A DNA stretch of 22,398 nucleotides from Candidatus Zixiibacteriota bacterium (GCA_041742355.1 JBGSIV010000308.1:1-22398); one strand, 5' to 3'. Shown: positions 1-9,148, counted from the first letter of the stretch. Made by a program: numbers and translations. The notes: generated from the sequence alone by a model not told the origin.

Positions 1-1
1 G

Positions 2-730
2 CAGCCGCCGGTTGCGGCGAACGCGGAAACGCCGACGGCGGAAGAGCGCACGCGCCTTACCCCGCCTCCAATCCCTTCCCGGCCGGAGCGAGAGACGGCC
101 GCTGTTCCGGAGCCGGAAGCACGGCCTGAACTGCCCCGGCCCGAATCGGAGTCGGAACGAGTTGAATTGCCCGAGATCCGTCGCCGTCCTCTCCCGGCGG
201 AGCGGACAGGTGAACAGGCGGGAGAGTCCACACCGGAGAGACAATCGGAAGGCGACTCTGCTGCGCCGCGTGAGCAAGAGGTCCGGCCCGAACCGCCGCA
301 ACCGCGCGAAGACCGTGAGCGCCGCCGGGAGCCGCGCTTTCAGCGTCCCGAGCGGGAGATTGCGGAGCGACCGGAGCCGCCTCGGGAAACCGCCGACTCG
401 GAGCCTTTCGAACGTCGGGAAGAACCGAATCTGCGCGATCTGCTGACCAACCTCTCGGCCAGCCGCGAGAATCGTGCGGAGCCGGAGGAACCGGCTGAAG
501 GTGAAGTCTCCGAGCGCCCTGAACCGTCGGGCGACGAGCCGCGGACAGATCGGCCGATATCGTTCGGTCGCGCCAAGAGCCGGCACGGTTCTCGCCCGAG
601 CGGACAGCCGACCGGTGGCGAAGAACCCGCGTCTGAAGCGCAGGCAGAACCGGCGGATGAACGCAAGGAGGACTTCCCGGCCGAGTCGGTGACCTCGTTC
701 GGCCGCTCGCGCCGTCGCCGGGGACGCTGA
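2..730 (+). CDS. C-terminal part (5'-truncated) of an unknown protein: long Glu/Arg/Pro-rich disordered tail
   Basis: Frame +2 is open from the window edge (QPPVAANAETP...) to TGA at 728-730. It has low-complexity E/R/P composition, ends SFGRSRRRRGR and is followed by a strong hairpin. Confidence 0.75.
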   Translation, partial: QPPVAANAETPTAEERTRLTPPPIPSRPERETAAVPEPEARPELPRPESESERVELPEIRRRPLPAERTGEQAGESTPERQSEGDSAAPREQEVRPEPPQPREDRERRREPRFQRPEREIAERPEPPRETADSEPFERREEPNLRDLLTNLSASRENRAEPEEPAEGEVSERPEPSGDEPRTDRPISFGRAKSRHGSRPSGQPTGGEEPASEAQAEPADERKEDFPAESVTSFGRSRRRRGR

Positions 731-757
731 TACGAATCATCCGATTTGCCTTAAGAA

Positions 758-788
758 GCTGCACCGCAATTCCTTATTGCGGTGCAGC
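758..788. terminator. Perfect 13-bp stem-loop, probable intrinsic terminator or processing hairpin
   Basis: GCTGCACCGCAAT-tcctt-ATTGCGGTGCAGC. There is no U-tract on the + strand and only a short TTCTT on the - strand. Confidence 0.6.
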
Positions 789-800
789 GGGGTTCCGACA

Positions 801-878
801 GGGAACTTTTGACGATCCTCACCGGTATTGTCCTGTGAATGATTGCAGTTGACCGGAAACTTTTGATCGTCATAGATT
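801..878 (+). promoter_or_regulatory. Putative htpX promoter region
   Basis: TTGACC(849-854)-N18-TAGATT(873-878). Two copies of GGA(A)ACTTTTGA (802-812, 855-866) resemble ECF-sigma -35 elements. Confidence 0.35.
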
Positions 879-901
879 AAACAGCAAGGAAGAGAAGAAC
901 C

Positions 902-1759
902 GTGAATACCCTCAAAGTCACCTTCATGATGCTGGCCCTGATGGCGTTGTTCATGTGGGTCGGCTACCTCATCGGCGGGCAGGGCGGCATGGTGATCGCC
1001 TTTGTGATGGCCGCCGTGATGAACTTCATCAGTTACTGGTTCTCGGACAAGATCGTCCTGTCAATGTACCGGGCGCGCGAGGTAAAAGAAGCGGATCATC
1101 CCCGCCTGTACCGGGTGGTTCGCCGCATAGCGACGGCCGCGCTGGTGCCGATACCAAAGGTGTATATTGTCCCGTCGAAGGGGCCGAACGCGTTTGCAAC
1201 TGGCCGGAGCCCGGAGCACGCCGCGGTGGCGGTGACGGAGGGGCTGCTGGAGATGCTTGACGAGAACGAGTTGGAGGGTGTGATCGGGCATGAATTCGCA
1301 CACATTGTGAATCGCGATATGCTGATTGGCACGATAGCCGCAACCTTTGCCGGGGCGATCGGGATGCTGGCCGCCATGGCCCGGTGGGGCGCTATCTTTG
1401 GCGGCTACGGAAACCGCGAGGAACGCGGTGGCGGCGGCGCAATCGGCCTGATTGTCGCCTCCATCGTGGCGCCGCTTGCGGCCATGCTCATCCAGATGGC
1501 CATCTCACGGCAGCGGGAGTACAAAGCCGACGCTATCGGCGGGGGGTTCACCGGGAAGTATTTGCCGCTGGCGTCGGCGCTGGACAAGCTGCACAAAGCA
1601 CCCGTGCGAATGCGCCTGGACGACAGCCCGTCGACCGCTCACCTCATGATCGCCAACCCGCTTTCAGGCAAGGGGCTTTCGTCGCTCTTCTCGACGCACC
1701 CGCCGCACGAGAAGCGTATCGAGCGGCTGCGCCAGCTGGCCCAGCAGTCGCCGTACTGA
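902..1759 (+). CDS. htpX: Zinc metalloprotease HtpX (M48)
   Basis: GTG start after AAGGA. Motifs SYWFSDK, PNAFATGR, AVAVTEGLL, HEFAH (HExxH), SRQREYKAD and LFSTHPP, plus N-terminal TM helices. Confidence 0.95.
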   Translation: MNTLKVTFMMLALMALFMWVGYLIGGQGGMVIAFVMAAVMNFISYWFSDKIVLSMYRAREVKEADHPRLYRVVRRIATAALVPIPKVYIVPSKGPNAFATGRSPEHAAVAVTEGLLEMLDENELEGVIGHEFAHIVNRDMLIGTIAATFAGAIGMLAAMARWGAIFGGYGNREERGGGGAIGLIVASIVAPLAAMLIQMAISRQREYKADAIGGGFTGKYLPLASALDKLHKAPVRMRLDDSPSTAHLMIANPLSGKGLSSLFSTHPPHEKRIERLRQLAQQSPY

Positions 1760-1836
1760 AGTATGCACACGCAGGAAAAATCAGGCGAACGAGCCGATGA
1801 TCCGTTGCCCGGCGCCAGACCATGGGGGAGCCGTTG

Positions 1837-3144
1837 ATGGACTCCCTGTGGTATGAACTGGGTGCAATACTGATTCTTGTTCTGGCCAACGGGTTTTTCG
1901 CGCTGTCCGAGTTCTCCGTTATCGCTTCCCGCAAGAGCCGCCTGAAGCAGAAAGCAGCCGAAGGCAAGAAAGGGGCCGCAGCGGCCGAACGGCTGCGCAG
2001 CAGCCCTGACCGTTTTCTGGCCACGATCCAGGTCGGCATCACGCTCTTCGGAACAGTTGCCGGCGTGTTCGGCGGGGCGCGCATTGCTGTACCGCTTGAG
2101 AAGTTTCTCGAAGGTGTGCCGATTCACTGGGTCGCCCAGGGGGCGGGGCCGATCGCGGTGGTGATTGTATCGTTCGGGATCACTATCACCGCGGTGATTC
2201 TCGGGGAGCTGGTGCCCAAGTATATCGCGCTGTCCAATCCGGAGCGGTATGCTCGGTACGTCTCGGGTCCGATCACCCTGTTCATCCGCATGACCTGGTT
2301 CCTGGCCTGGGGTCTGACGGCCATGGCGAATCTCGTGCTCAGAATCCTCGGCATTCGCCGCAACGAGACGGGTTCAGCGGTCACGGAAGACGAAATCAAC
2401 CTGATGATTTTCGAGGGAAAGCAGTCGGGCGTCTTCGATGAGACCGAAGAGCAACTGATCAAGAATGTATTCGAGTTCGCTGATTCGACCGTGCGCCGGG
2501 CGATGACGCCGCGGATGGACGTGGTCGGCATTCCGATCAACGCCGACCCGCATGAGGTCATTGCCACGGTGATCAACAACGGCTACAGCAAATATCCGGT
2601 GTACGAGGGGACGATCGACAACGTCGTCGGCACGCTCTACATGAGCGACCTGGTGATACACAAGCTCAACCCGAATCTGATCATCCTGAGGGATTTGGTC
2701 CGCAAGCCGGTGTTCGTCCCGGATTCGATGCCGCTGTCAACCTTGCTGCGCGACTTCCAGCGCAAGAAGAACCAGTTTGCGGTGGTGCTCGACGAGTTCG
2801 GCGGCACGGCGGGTATCGTCACGCTCGAGGACGTCATCGAGCAACTCGTGGGCGAAATTCACGAGGAGGACGAGCGCACCGAATCGGCGCTGGTGCGGCA
2901 TTCGGCGGATGTCGCCTATGCCGACGGCGGGGTGTGGCCGGGGGCGGTCAACGAGCTCATGGATGCGCGCCTTCCTGAGGATCGGGCGGAGACTTTGGCG
3001 GGCCTGGTGATAGATCACCTCGGCCACTTGCCCGCGAAGGACGATTCCGTTATTATTGGCAACATGAAGATAACCGTGCTGACGCTGGCGGACAACCGGC
3101 TGCAGCGCCTCAAACTCGAACGGGTCGCTCCGCAGACCGCCTGA
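1837..3144 (+). CDS. Hemolysin/CNNM (DUF21)-CBS-CorC/HlyC family metal transporter-associated protein
   Basis: NGFFALSEFS, FLATIQVGIT, GELVPK, a CBS pair (AMTPRMDV; VLDEFGGTAGIVTLEDVIEQLVGEI) and C-terminal ETLAGLV. ATG 1837 is preferred (GGGGAG upstream); 1822 is the alternative. Confidence 0.92.
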   Translation: MDSLWYELGAILILVLANGFFALSEFSVIASRKSRLKQKAAEGKKGAAAAERLRSSPDRFLATIQVGITLFGTVAGVFGGARIAVPLEKFLEGVPIHWVAQGAGPIAVVIVSFGITITAVILGELVPKYIALSNPERYARYVSGPITLFIRMTWFLAWGLTAMANLVLRILGIRRNETGSAVTEDEINLMIFEGKQSGVFDETEEQLIKNVFEFADSTVRRAMTPRMDVVGIPINADPHEVIATVINNGYSKYPVYEGTIDNVVGTLYMSDLVIHKLNPNLIILRDLVRKPVFVPDSMPLSTLLRDFQRKKNQFAVVLDEFGGTAGIVTLEDVIEQLVGEIHEEDERTESALVRHSADVAYADGGVWPGAVNELMDARLPEDRAETLAGLVIDHLGHLPAKDDSVIIGNMKITVLTLADNRLQRLKLERVAPQTA

Positions 3145-3168
3145 GTCGCGACCGGACATTTTCTCTTT

Positions 3169-3837
3169 ATGACAGGAATAATCACCGCACCGCTTCGGTG
3201 GTCGCGTTCTCTGTACGACTGGGTGATTCGCTGGAGCGAATCCCGCCATGCGTTGACGGCGCTGTTTTTTCTCTCGCTGGCGGAGGCGTCGTTCTTCCCC
3301 ATCCCGCCCGATGCTCTGCTGATCGCACTGTGCATGGGGGCGTACACCCGGTGGTCGAGGTTTGCCACGGTCTGCTCAATCGGCTCGGTGGTCGGGGGAA
3401 TGCTCGGCTACGTGATCGGGATGTCGGCGTTTGAGCTGATCGGGCAACCGATCATGTCGTTCACGGCGTCGATTTCGGGCAGCGATCCCGACACGCTCCT
3501 GACAACCGCACGGTACTGGTTCAACGAGAAGGAGCTCTACGGGATGAAAGTGGGGGCGTGGGCGGTTGCGATCGCCGGATTCACGCCGATTCCCTACAAG
3601 GTATTCACCATTGCCGCCGGGTTTTTCGAGATGTCGTTCCCGGTGTTCGTCATCGCATCGGCTCTCAGCCGTTCGGCCCGCTTCTTCCTGGTCGCCGGCC
3701 TGATCGGTCTTCTGTACAGGCGTCACGGTGACCGTATCCGGCAGTTCATCGACAAGTACTTCAATACGCTCGCGGTGGCGTTTGTTGTCCTTCTCGCGGC
3801 GGGGTTCTGGGCTATCAGCCTCCTGAAAGGGGATTGA
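3169..3837 (+). CDS. DedA/YqaA (SNARE-associated/VTT) family membrane protein
   Basis: LSLAEASFFPIPPD, GSVVGGMLGY, AGFTPIPYKVFTIAAG and SRSARFF motifs. Confidence 0.9.
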   Translation: MTGIITAPLRWSRSLYDWVIRWSESRHALTALFFLSLAEASFFPIPPDALLIALCMGAYTRWSRFATVCSIGSVVGGMLGYVIGMSAFELIGQPIMSFTASISGSDPDTLLTTARYWFNEKELYGMKVGAWAVAIAGFTPIPYKVFTIAAGFFEMSFPVFVIASALSRSARFFLVAGLIGLLYRRHGDRIRQFIDKYFNTLAVAFVVLLAAGFWAISLLKGD

Positions 3838-3914
3838 ATGCGGGAGCGAACCCGGTATTTTGTCTTTCCCGGGCCGTCGGATACACCGGCCGGCAACGTA
3901 GTAGAAGAATAGAC

Positions 3915-4832
3915 ATGGCTCACGTGCACGCAGGCAGATCGGTGGCCGGGTCCGGACGGAAGCTGGCCTGGGCAATCGTCTTCAACACCGTGATCACGGT
4001 GGCGGAGATTGTCGGGGGGCTGATTTCCGGCTACCTGGCCCTGCTGGCCGACGCCGTGCACAATTTGTCGGATGTGGCCGCGCTCGCGCTGGCGTGGCTC
4101 GGATGGCGGGGGGCGGCGGTGCCGCCGACCAAGCGTTCGACCTACGGTTTCGTGCGGGTCGAGGTTATGACGGCATTCGTGTCGGCGGTGGCGCTGGTGG
4201 TAATCGCCGTGTTCATCCTGATCGAGGCCTGGCGCCGCTTCCAGCATCCCCAGCCGATCACGCATCCGTGGATATTCCTGTCGGTCGCGACTATCGGCCT
4301 TTTGGGCAACCTCTTTTCGATCTGGATTCTCCATTCGGAGAAGAGCGCCACGTTGAACATGCGGGTGGCCTTCCTGCACATGTTCTACGACGCGCTGTCC
4401 TCGGTGGTAGTGGTGGCCGGCGGCCTGGTCATGCTTTTCACCGGCTGGTATTTCATCGATACCTTCCTCTCGGCGGTCATCGCCCTGATGATCTTCTGGT
4501 CATCGTGGCTGGTAATAAAAGAGGCGGTGCTGATTCTCATGGAGGCGGTGCCGGCCGGGATCGATTACGATGCGGTGCTGGAGGCGATTGGCTCGGACCC
4601 GCTTGTTCGCGATGTCCACGACCTGCACATCTGGTCGCTGTCGTCCGATCAGGCGGCGCTGTCGTGCCACATCTGCATCGCAACGGAGAATCTGGCCAGC
4701 GGTCCGGCGATTATTGATCGGATCAACCATCGTTTGCACGAACGATTTGACATCGGCCACAGCACGATTCAACTGGAAACGGAACAGTGCGGACACGGCG
4801 ACATGGCCTGTCGTCGCCCTGAGAAACGGTAG
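3915..4832 (+). CDS. Cation diffusion facilitator (CzcD/ZitB-like Zn/Co/Cd exporter)
   Basis: ALLADAVHNLSD and AFLHMFYD (HxxxD pair), TYGFVRVE, and C-terminal HDLHIWSLS and HSTIQLE. Start reassigned to ATG 3915 (MAHVH). Confidence 0.92.
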   Translation: MAHVHAGRSVAGSGRKLAWAIVFNTVITVAEIVGGLISGYLALLADAVHNLSDVAALALAWLGWRGAAVPPTKRSTYGFVRVEVMTAFVSAVALVVIAVFILIEAWRRFQHPQPITHPWIFLSVATIGLLGNLFSIWILHSEKSATLNMRVAFLHMFYDALSSVVVVAGGLVMLFTGWYFIDTFLSAVIALMIFWSSWLVIKEAVLILMEAVPAGIDYDAVLEAIGSDPLVRDVHDLHIWSLSSDQAALSCHICIATENLASGPAIIDRINHRLHERFDIGHSTIQLETEQCGHGDMACRRPEKR

Positions 4833-4836
4833 GAGC

Positions 4837-6189
4837 ATGAGTCCAAGAGAGCTGGAACTGGAAATCGAGGATCTCGCGTTCGACGGCAAGTCGGTCGCGC
4901 ACAACGACGGCAAGGTGGTGTTCCTCAACGGCGGTCTGCCGGGCGAGACAGTCCGGGCCGAAATCGTCCGGTCCAAACCGCGCTACGACCAGGCGATCGT
5001 AAAGGAGATCGTCCGCCGCTCCTCCATGCGTATACCCGCCCGGTGCGTCCATTTCGGCACCTGCGGGGGCTGCACCTGGCAGGACCTGGATTACAAGCAG
5101 CAGCTTCTGTTCAAACGCAAGCAGGTCATTGACTGCCTCACCCGCCTCGGCCACCTTGACGGGGTCGAGGTGGACGACATGGTCGGATGTGCCGAGCTGT
5201 TCAACTACCGCAACAAGATGGAATTTTCCTTCCACGCCGCCCCCGATGGTTTCACGCTCGGGCTGCACAGCCGGGGACGGTTCGACGATATCTTCGACCT
5301 TGAGCAGTGCCACCTGCAGGGGGACATCTCCAATCGGATCGTCCGCTGGATTCGTGATTTCGTCAAGCGGGAGAATATCCCCGTTTACGACGTCATCAGC
5401 CACACGGGCTTCATGCGCTTCCTCGTTGTCCGCCTGGGCAAGCGCACCGGGCAGGTCATGGTCAATATCGTCACCAACTACGGCGAGATCCCGAACTGGC
5501 AACGGTTGATCCGCGAAATGCGGGCCGAGCTTCCCGAGGTAACGACGCTCGTCCACAACCAGAACGGCCAGAAGGCCAATATCGCGGTCGGCGAACAGGA
5601 GCGGGTCCTCTACGGTCTCGGGTACATCGAGGAACAGCTGTTTGACTGCCGGTTCCGCATCCGCCCGAATTCGTTCTTCCAGACCAACTCGATCCAGGCC
5701 GAGACGCTTTACCGGACGTGTTTTGAACTGCTCAACCCGCAGCGCTCGGAGCGCGTGTTCGACCTCTACTGCGGCACCGGCTCGATCGGGATCCTCATCG
5801 CGAAGTACGTGCAGCATGTCGTGGGGGTAGAGCTGGTCGAGGATGCGATCAAATCGGCCAACGAGAATGTCGCGCTGAACAATATCCCCAATATCGAGTT
5901 CCACCATGCTGACGTGAAGGACTACCTCCAGCAGATCGAGGGGCAGGACGTGCGGTTCGATACGGTGATTGTCGACCCGCCGCGGACCGGGCTGCACCCG
6001 AAGGCGCTGCGCCGGATGCTGAAGCTCGATGCACCGCGGATCCTGTACATCTCCTGCAATCCGGCCACGTTCGCGCGCGATGCCCGGGAGATTGTCGATG
6101 CCGGCTACCGCCTCCCGCTGGTCAAACCGGTCGACATGTTCCCGCACACCATGCACATCGAAGTGGCCGGCGTGTTCTATCGGCAGTAG
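4837..6189 (+). CDS. rlmD: 23S rRNA (uracil1939-C5)-methyltransferase RlmD/RumA
   Basis: TRAM domain, CVHFGTCGGC Fe-S motif, YRNKMEF, SFFQTN, DLYCGTG, VDPPRTG, YISCNPATFARD and DMFPHTMHIE. ATG 4837 follows an AGGAG overlapping the CDF stop. Confidence 0.95.
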   Translation: MSPRELELEIEDLAFDGKSVAHNDGKVVFLNGGLPGETVRAEIVRSKPRYDQAIVKEIVRRSSMRIPARCVHFGTCGGCTWQDLDYKQQLLFKRKQVIDCLTRLGHLDGVEVDDMVGCAELFNYRNKMEFSFHAAPDGFTLGLHSRGRFDDIFDLEQCHLQGDISNRIVRWIRDFVKRENIPVYDVISHTGFMRFLVVRLGKRTGQVMVNIVTNYGEIPNWQRLIREMRAELPEVTTLVHNQNGQKANIAVGEQERVLYGLGYIEEQLFDCRFRIRPNSFFQTNSIQAETLYRTCFELLNPQRSERVFDLYCGTGSIGILIAKYVQHVVGVELVEDAIKSANENVALNNIPNIEFHHADVKDYLQQIEGQDVRFDTVIVDPPRTGLHPKALRRMLKLDAPRILYISCNPATFARDAREIVDAGYRLPLVKPVDMFPHTMHIEVAGVFYRQ

Positions 6190-6309
6190 TGGTCCGAAAG
6201 CGGCCGACGCCGAACATCCGGGGCAAATTCCGCGTGCCGACCGGCCCGGAGACTTGCTCCGCCGTCGGGTTTTCGGTACATTGGGCAGGTACAAATGGAG
6301 GTAACAATT

Positions 6310-8028
6310 GTGCGACTGATAGCGCTCTGGTTCGCCATCGTGCTTATTCTCGGACTGCCGCAAAATGGCCGGGCACAGGAAGATCCGCAGCTTGACAACC
6401 TGTGCGAAGAGGTGCTGCGGACACTGCAGTCCTTCTATCCGGTCCATGCCACCGAAATGGGCATCCACGACTTCGACCACCGCTTCGCTGATTACTCCCC
6501 CTCGTCGGTCAAAGCGATGATCAGCAAGCTCGACAGTTTCAGACGCAAACTCGTGCCGTATGCCAAGCGGACGCTGAACACGGAACAGGCGATCCGCTAC
6601 GAGTTGATTCGATCCAACGTAGAAATCGCCCTGCTCGACCTGAAAGATATCGCCTGGCACAACCGGCTGCCGCAGCTGTATGTCGACGAGGCGCTCAACG
6701 GGCTCTATCTCCTTCTGAACTCGCAGCACGCCCCGATGGACGAGCGGGTTGTCCCGATCATGGCGCGCATGATGGCAGTGCCGGGGTTGTTCCTTACGGC
6801 CAAGAACAATATCAAACGCCCGCCGCAAATCTGGATCGACGAGGCAGTGGCGTCGATCGAGCCGGCGATCGAGTTCTACCGCCAGGTGAGCGCCGAACTG
6901 ATGCAGCGCTACCCCAATCGGGCCGACGCTATTCTGGAGTCGTCGACCTCCGCCCGGGAGGCGATGAGCAGTTTTGCCCAGTGGCTGCAACAGACGCCGG
7001 CGGGAGATTCGACGAGTTTCGCCATCGGCACGGAGAACTTCAATTTCAAGCTGCAGCACGAGTACTTTCTGCCGTACGACGCCGATTCTCTTCTGCGTCT
7101 CGGCGAAGCGCTGCTGGCCGAGGCTCAGGCGGAGTACACCGATTACCGCCAGTATGTGGAGGAGGATCGCCAGACCGGCGCCGATGATCCGTATGTGCCG
7201 CGCTGCTTCTCGCGCACCGACATTCTCGACTACTACAACTGGGAAGTGGCTAAGGTCCGGGAGTTCTGTGAGCGCAACGATATCGTGACAGTCCCGGCAG
7301 GGATCGCTCCGGTGGTTGTGGTGGAAACGCCGCCATACCTCCAGTCGATGGTCACCGGGATCGCCTACCAGCCGGCGGGCCCGTTCGATGAGGTTCAGCG
7401 GGCGCAGTTCTTTGTCCGTCCGATTCCTGAGAACCTCGATTCGGCCCAGCTCGCCGCCCGCGCCAAGTACGTACACCGCCGCGGGTTCAAGGGGTCGGTC
7501 GTCCACGAGGGCTTTCCCGGTCACCACCTGCAGATGCAGGTGGCCGGCATGCACTCCGACCCGGTCCGCAAGTGGCAGCAGAACAGTCTGACGATCGAGG
7601 GGTGGGCGCTCTACTGCGAGGAGATGATGTACGAGGCCGGCCTCTACGGCGGCGAAAACAACGGCATGTGGCTGGCGATCCTCGGCGGGATCCGGTTCCG
7701 GGCTGCCCGTATTGTCGCCGACGTAAAGCTGCACACGGGGCAGTTCACCTACCAGCAGTGTGTCGACTGGATGATCGAGGCCCTCGAAGCAAAGACCGAT
7801 TCGGACCGCGAATACATACGTAACCAGGTGCGCCTGTACACCCATCGCCCGACCACCCAGATGTCGTACCTGATCGGCAAACTGGAGATAACGAAGCTGC
7901 GTGAGGCGCTGATCGCAATCGAGGGGGAGAATTTCTCCCTGCGGCAGTTCCACGATGCGCTGCTGGGCGAGGGGAGTATCCCGCCCGCGCTGATCTGGAA
8001 AGCCTGGGAGCTCGAAGGCGGCGAGTAG
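6310..8028 (+). CDS. Secreted DUF885-family protein (metallopeptidase-like)
   Basis: HEGFPGHHLQ, EGWALYCE, RAARIVADVKLH, SYLIGKLEI and FHDALLGEGSIP, plus an N-terminal signal peptide. GTG 6310 lies 8 nt after GGAGG; ATG 6295 is the alternative. Confidence 0.88.
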   Translation: MRLIALWFAIVLILGLPQNGRAQEDPQLDNLCEEVLRTLQSFYPVHATEMGIHDFDHRFADYSPSSVKAMISKLDSFRRKLVPYAKRTLNTEQAIRYELIRSNVEIALLDLKDIAWHNRLPQLYVDEALNGLYLLLNSQHAPMDERVVPIMARMMAVPGLFLTAKNNIKRPPQIWIDEAVASIEPAIEFYRQVSAELMQRYPNRADAILESSTSAREAMSSFAQWLQQTPAGDSTSFAIGTENFNFKLQHEYFLPYDADSLLRLGEALLAEAQAEYTDYRQYVEEDRQTGADDPYVPRCFSRTDILDYYNWEVAKVREFCERNDIVTVPAGIAPVVVVETPPYLQSMVTGIAYQPAGPFDEVQRAQFFVRPIPENLDSAQLAARAKYVHRRGFKGSVVHEGFPGHHLQMQVAGMHSDPVRKWQQNSLTIEGWALYCEEMMYEAGLYGGENNGMWLAILGGIRFRAARIVADVKLHTGQFTYQQCVDWMIEALEAKTDSDREYIRNQVRLYTHRPTTQMSYLIGKLEITKLREALIAIEGENFSLRQFHDALLGEGSIPPALIWKAWELEGGE

Positions 8029-8089
8029 CAACCCACTGGCGCAGCGGAAAGGGAGTCTCGGTGTTTTACCCTGGCCATTGGGGCGGGTT

Positions 8090-8734
8090 ATGACTTGGCT
8101 ATACGTATTCGGGATCCTGGGAGCGCTCCTGCTGGGTCTGCTTGTCCTGCGCGTACGCCTGCGTATCATCTACACTTCCGATATTCGGTTAGCCGCCCTG
8201 ACGCTGGGGCGTCGGACCGGCTTTTTCGCCGACCTCGTGTGTTTTCGGGGAACGGTCCGGGTGGCGGGGATTCCGGTCTACGGAATGGACCTGCGCAAAG
8301 AGCAGGAGGAGGCGCCTTCGGCACGACAGGAAACGCCGCCGGAAGCAGAAGCGCCGACGCAGCCACAACCGAAACGGCCGCTGCGGGAGCGGGTGGCGGC
8401 ACTGCGCGTAATCCTGCCGCAGGCGTGGCGCGCTTTCTGGAATTATCTCAGGAGTCTCTACCGGGCGACCCGGATCGAGGAACTCAGTGCTCGCATCGAA
8501 GCCGGATTCGCTTCCCCCGATCAAACCGGATCGGCCCTCGGCTACTACTATGCCGCGTTGGGCACAGCGCCGGCCATTGTCTCGCGCGTGCAGTTTGTGC
8601 CGGTCTGGATGGGGCCGTCGTTTGAGGCCTCGGGCCGCATGACGCTGGCGATTCCGCTGTATCGGCTTCTGTGGCACACGATTGTGCTGCTGTGGCAGTT
8701 CCCGGCCAGAAAATTGATCAAAGTACTTCGATAA
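8090..8734 (+). CDS. DUF2953/YtfI-like membrane-anchored protein
   Basis: N-terminal TM helix, GFASPDQTG...G motif (G-x-x-D/S-P-x-x-T-G type) and a position directly upstream of a YtfJ/GerW gene. Confidence 0.65.
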   Translation: MTWLYVFGILGALLLGLLVLRVRLRIIYTSDIRLAALTLGRRTGFFADLVCFRGTVRVAGIPVYGMDLRKEQEEAPSARQETPPEAEAPTQPQPKRPLRERVAALRVILPQAWRAFWNYLRSLYRATRIEELSARIEAGFASPDQTGSALGYYYAALGTAPAIVSRVQFVPVWMGPSFEASGRMTLAIPLYRLLWHTIVLLWQFPARKLIKVLR

Positions 8735-8752
8735 AGTGAAAAGGAGAGTGGC

Positions 8753-9148
8753 ATGTCCAACGGTGTAACGGATATTCTCAAAGGAGTGGTCGGCGAACTG
8801 CGCGAGATCGCCAAGTCGGAGACGGTGATCGGCGAGGCGGTAACGATCGGCGACCGGACGGTTATTCCGGTCATGAAGCTGTCGTTCGGGTTCGGCGCCG
8901 GCGGTGGGCAGGGAACCGACGAGAAGCACGGTTCTGGATTCGGCGGCGGCGGTGGCGGCGGCGCGAAGATCGAACCGGCGGCGTTTATCGTGATCGATAA
9001 GGACGATGTCCGGCTGCTCCTGATGCAGCGGGGGAAGTGGGAATCGCTGGTGGATGCGATTCCGGAGCTGGCCAACAAGATTCAGAACGTGGCGGGAAAA
9101 TTCCGCTCCGAGAGCAAGAAGGACGACAAGCCGTCGGTCGACTGCTGA
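8753..9148 (+). CDS. GerW/YtfJ family protein
   Basis: TVIGEAV, TVIPVMKLSFGFGAGGG, GFGGGGGGGAKIEPAAFIVI. RBS AAGGAG. Confidence 0.9.
   Translation: MSNGVTDILKGVVGELREIAKSETVIGEAVTIGDRTVIPVMKLSFGFGAGGGQGTDEKHGSGFGGGGGGGAKIEPAAFIVIDKDDVRLLLMQRGKWESLVDAIPELANKIQNVAGKFRSESKKDDKPSVDC

Noticed and set aside
4570..4836. N-terminal extension of RlmD overlapping the CDF gene
   Set aside because: It overlaps the conserved CDF C-terminal domain. ATG 4837 has an AGGAG RBS and starts at the TRAM domain.
8033..8083. Imperfect long hairpin in the DUF885-DUF2953 spacer (a similar one lies at 11262-11292)
   Set aside because: Short, mismatched stems without U-tracts are expected by chance at this GC content.
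4723..8169. 1148-aa minus-strand ORF antisense to rlmD and DUF885
   Set aside because: It has no recognisable motifs and mirrors two well-supported genes. Stop-free antisense frames are expected with high-GC codon bias.
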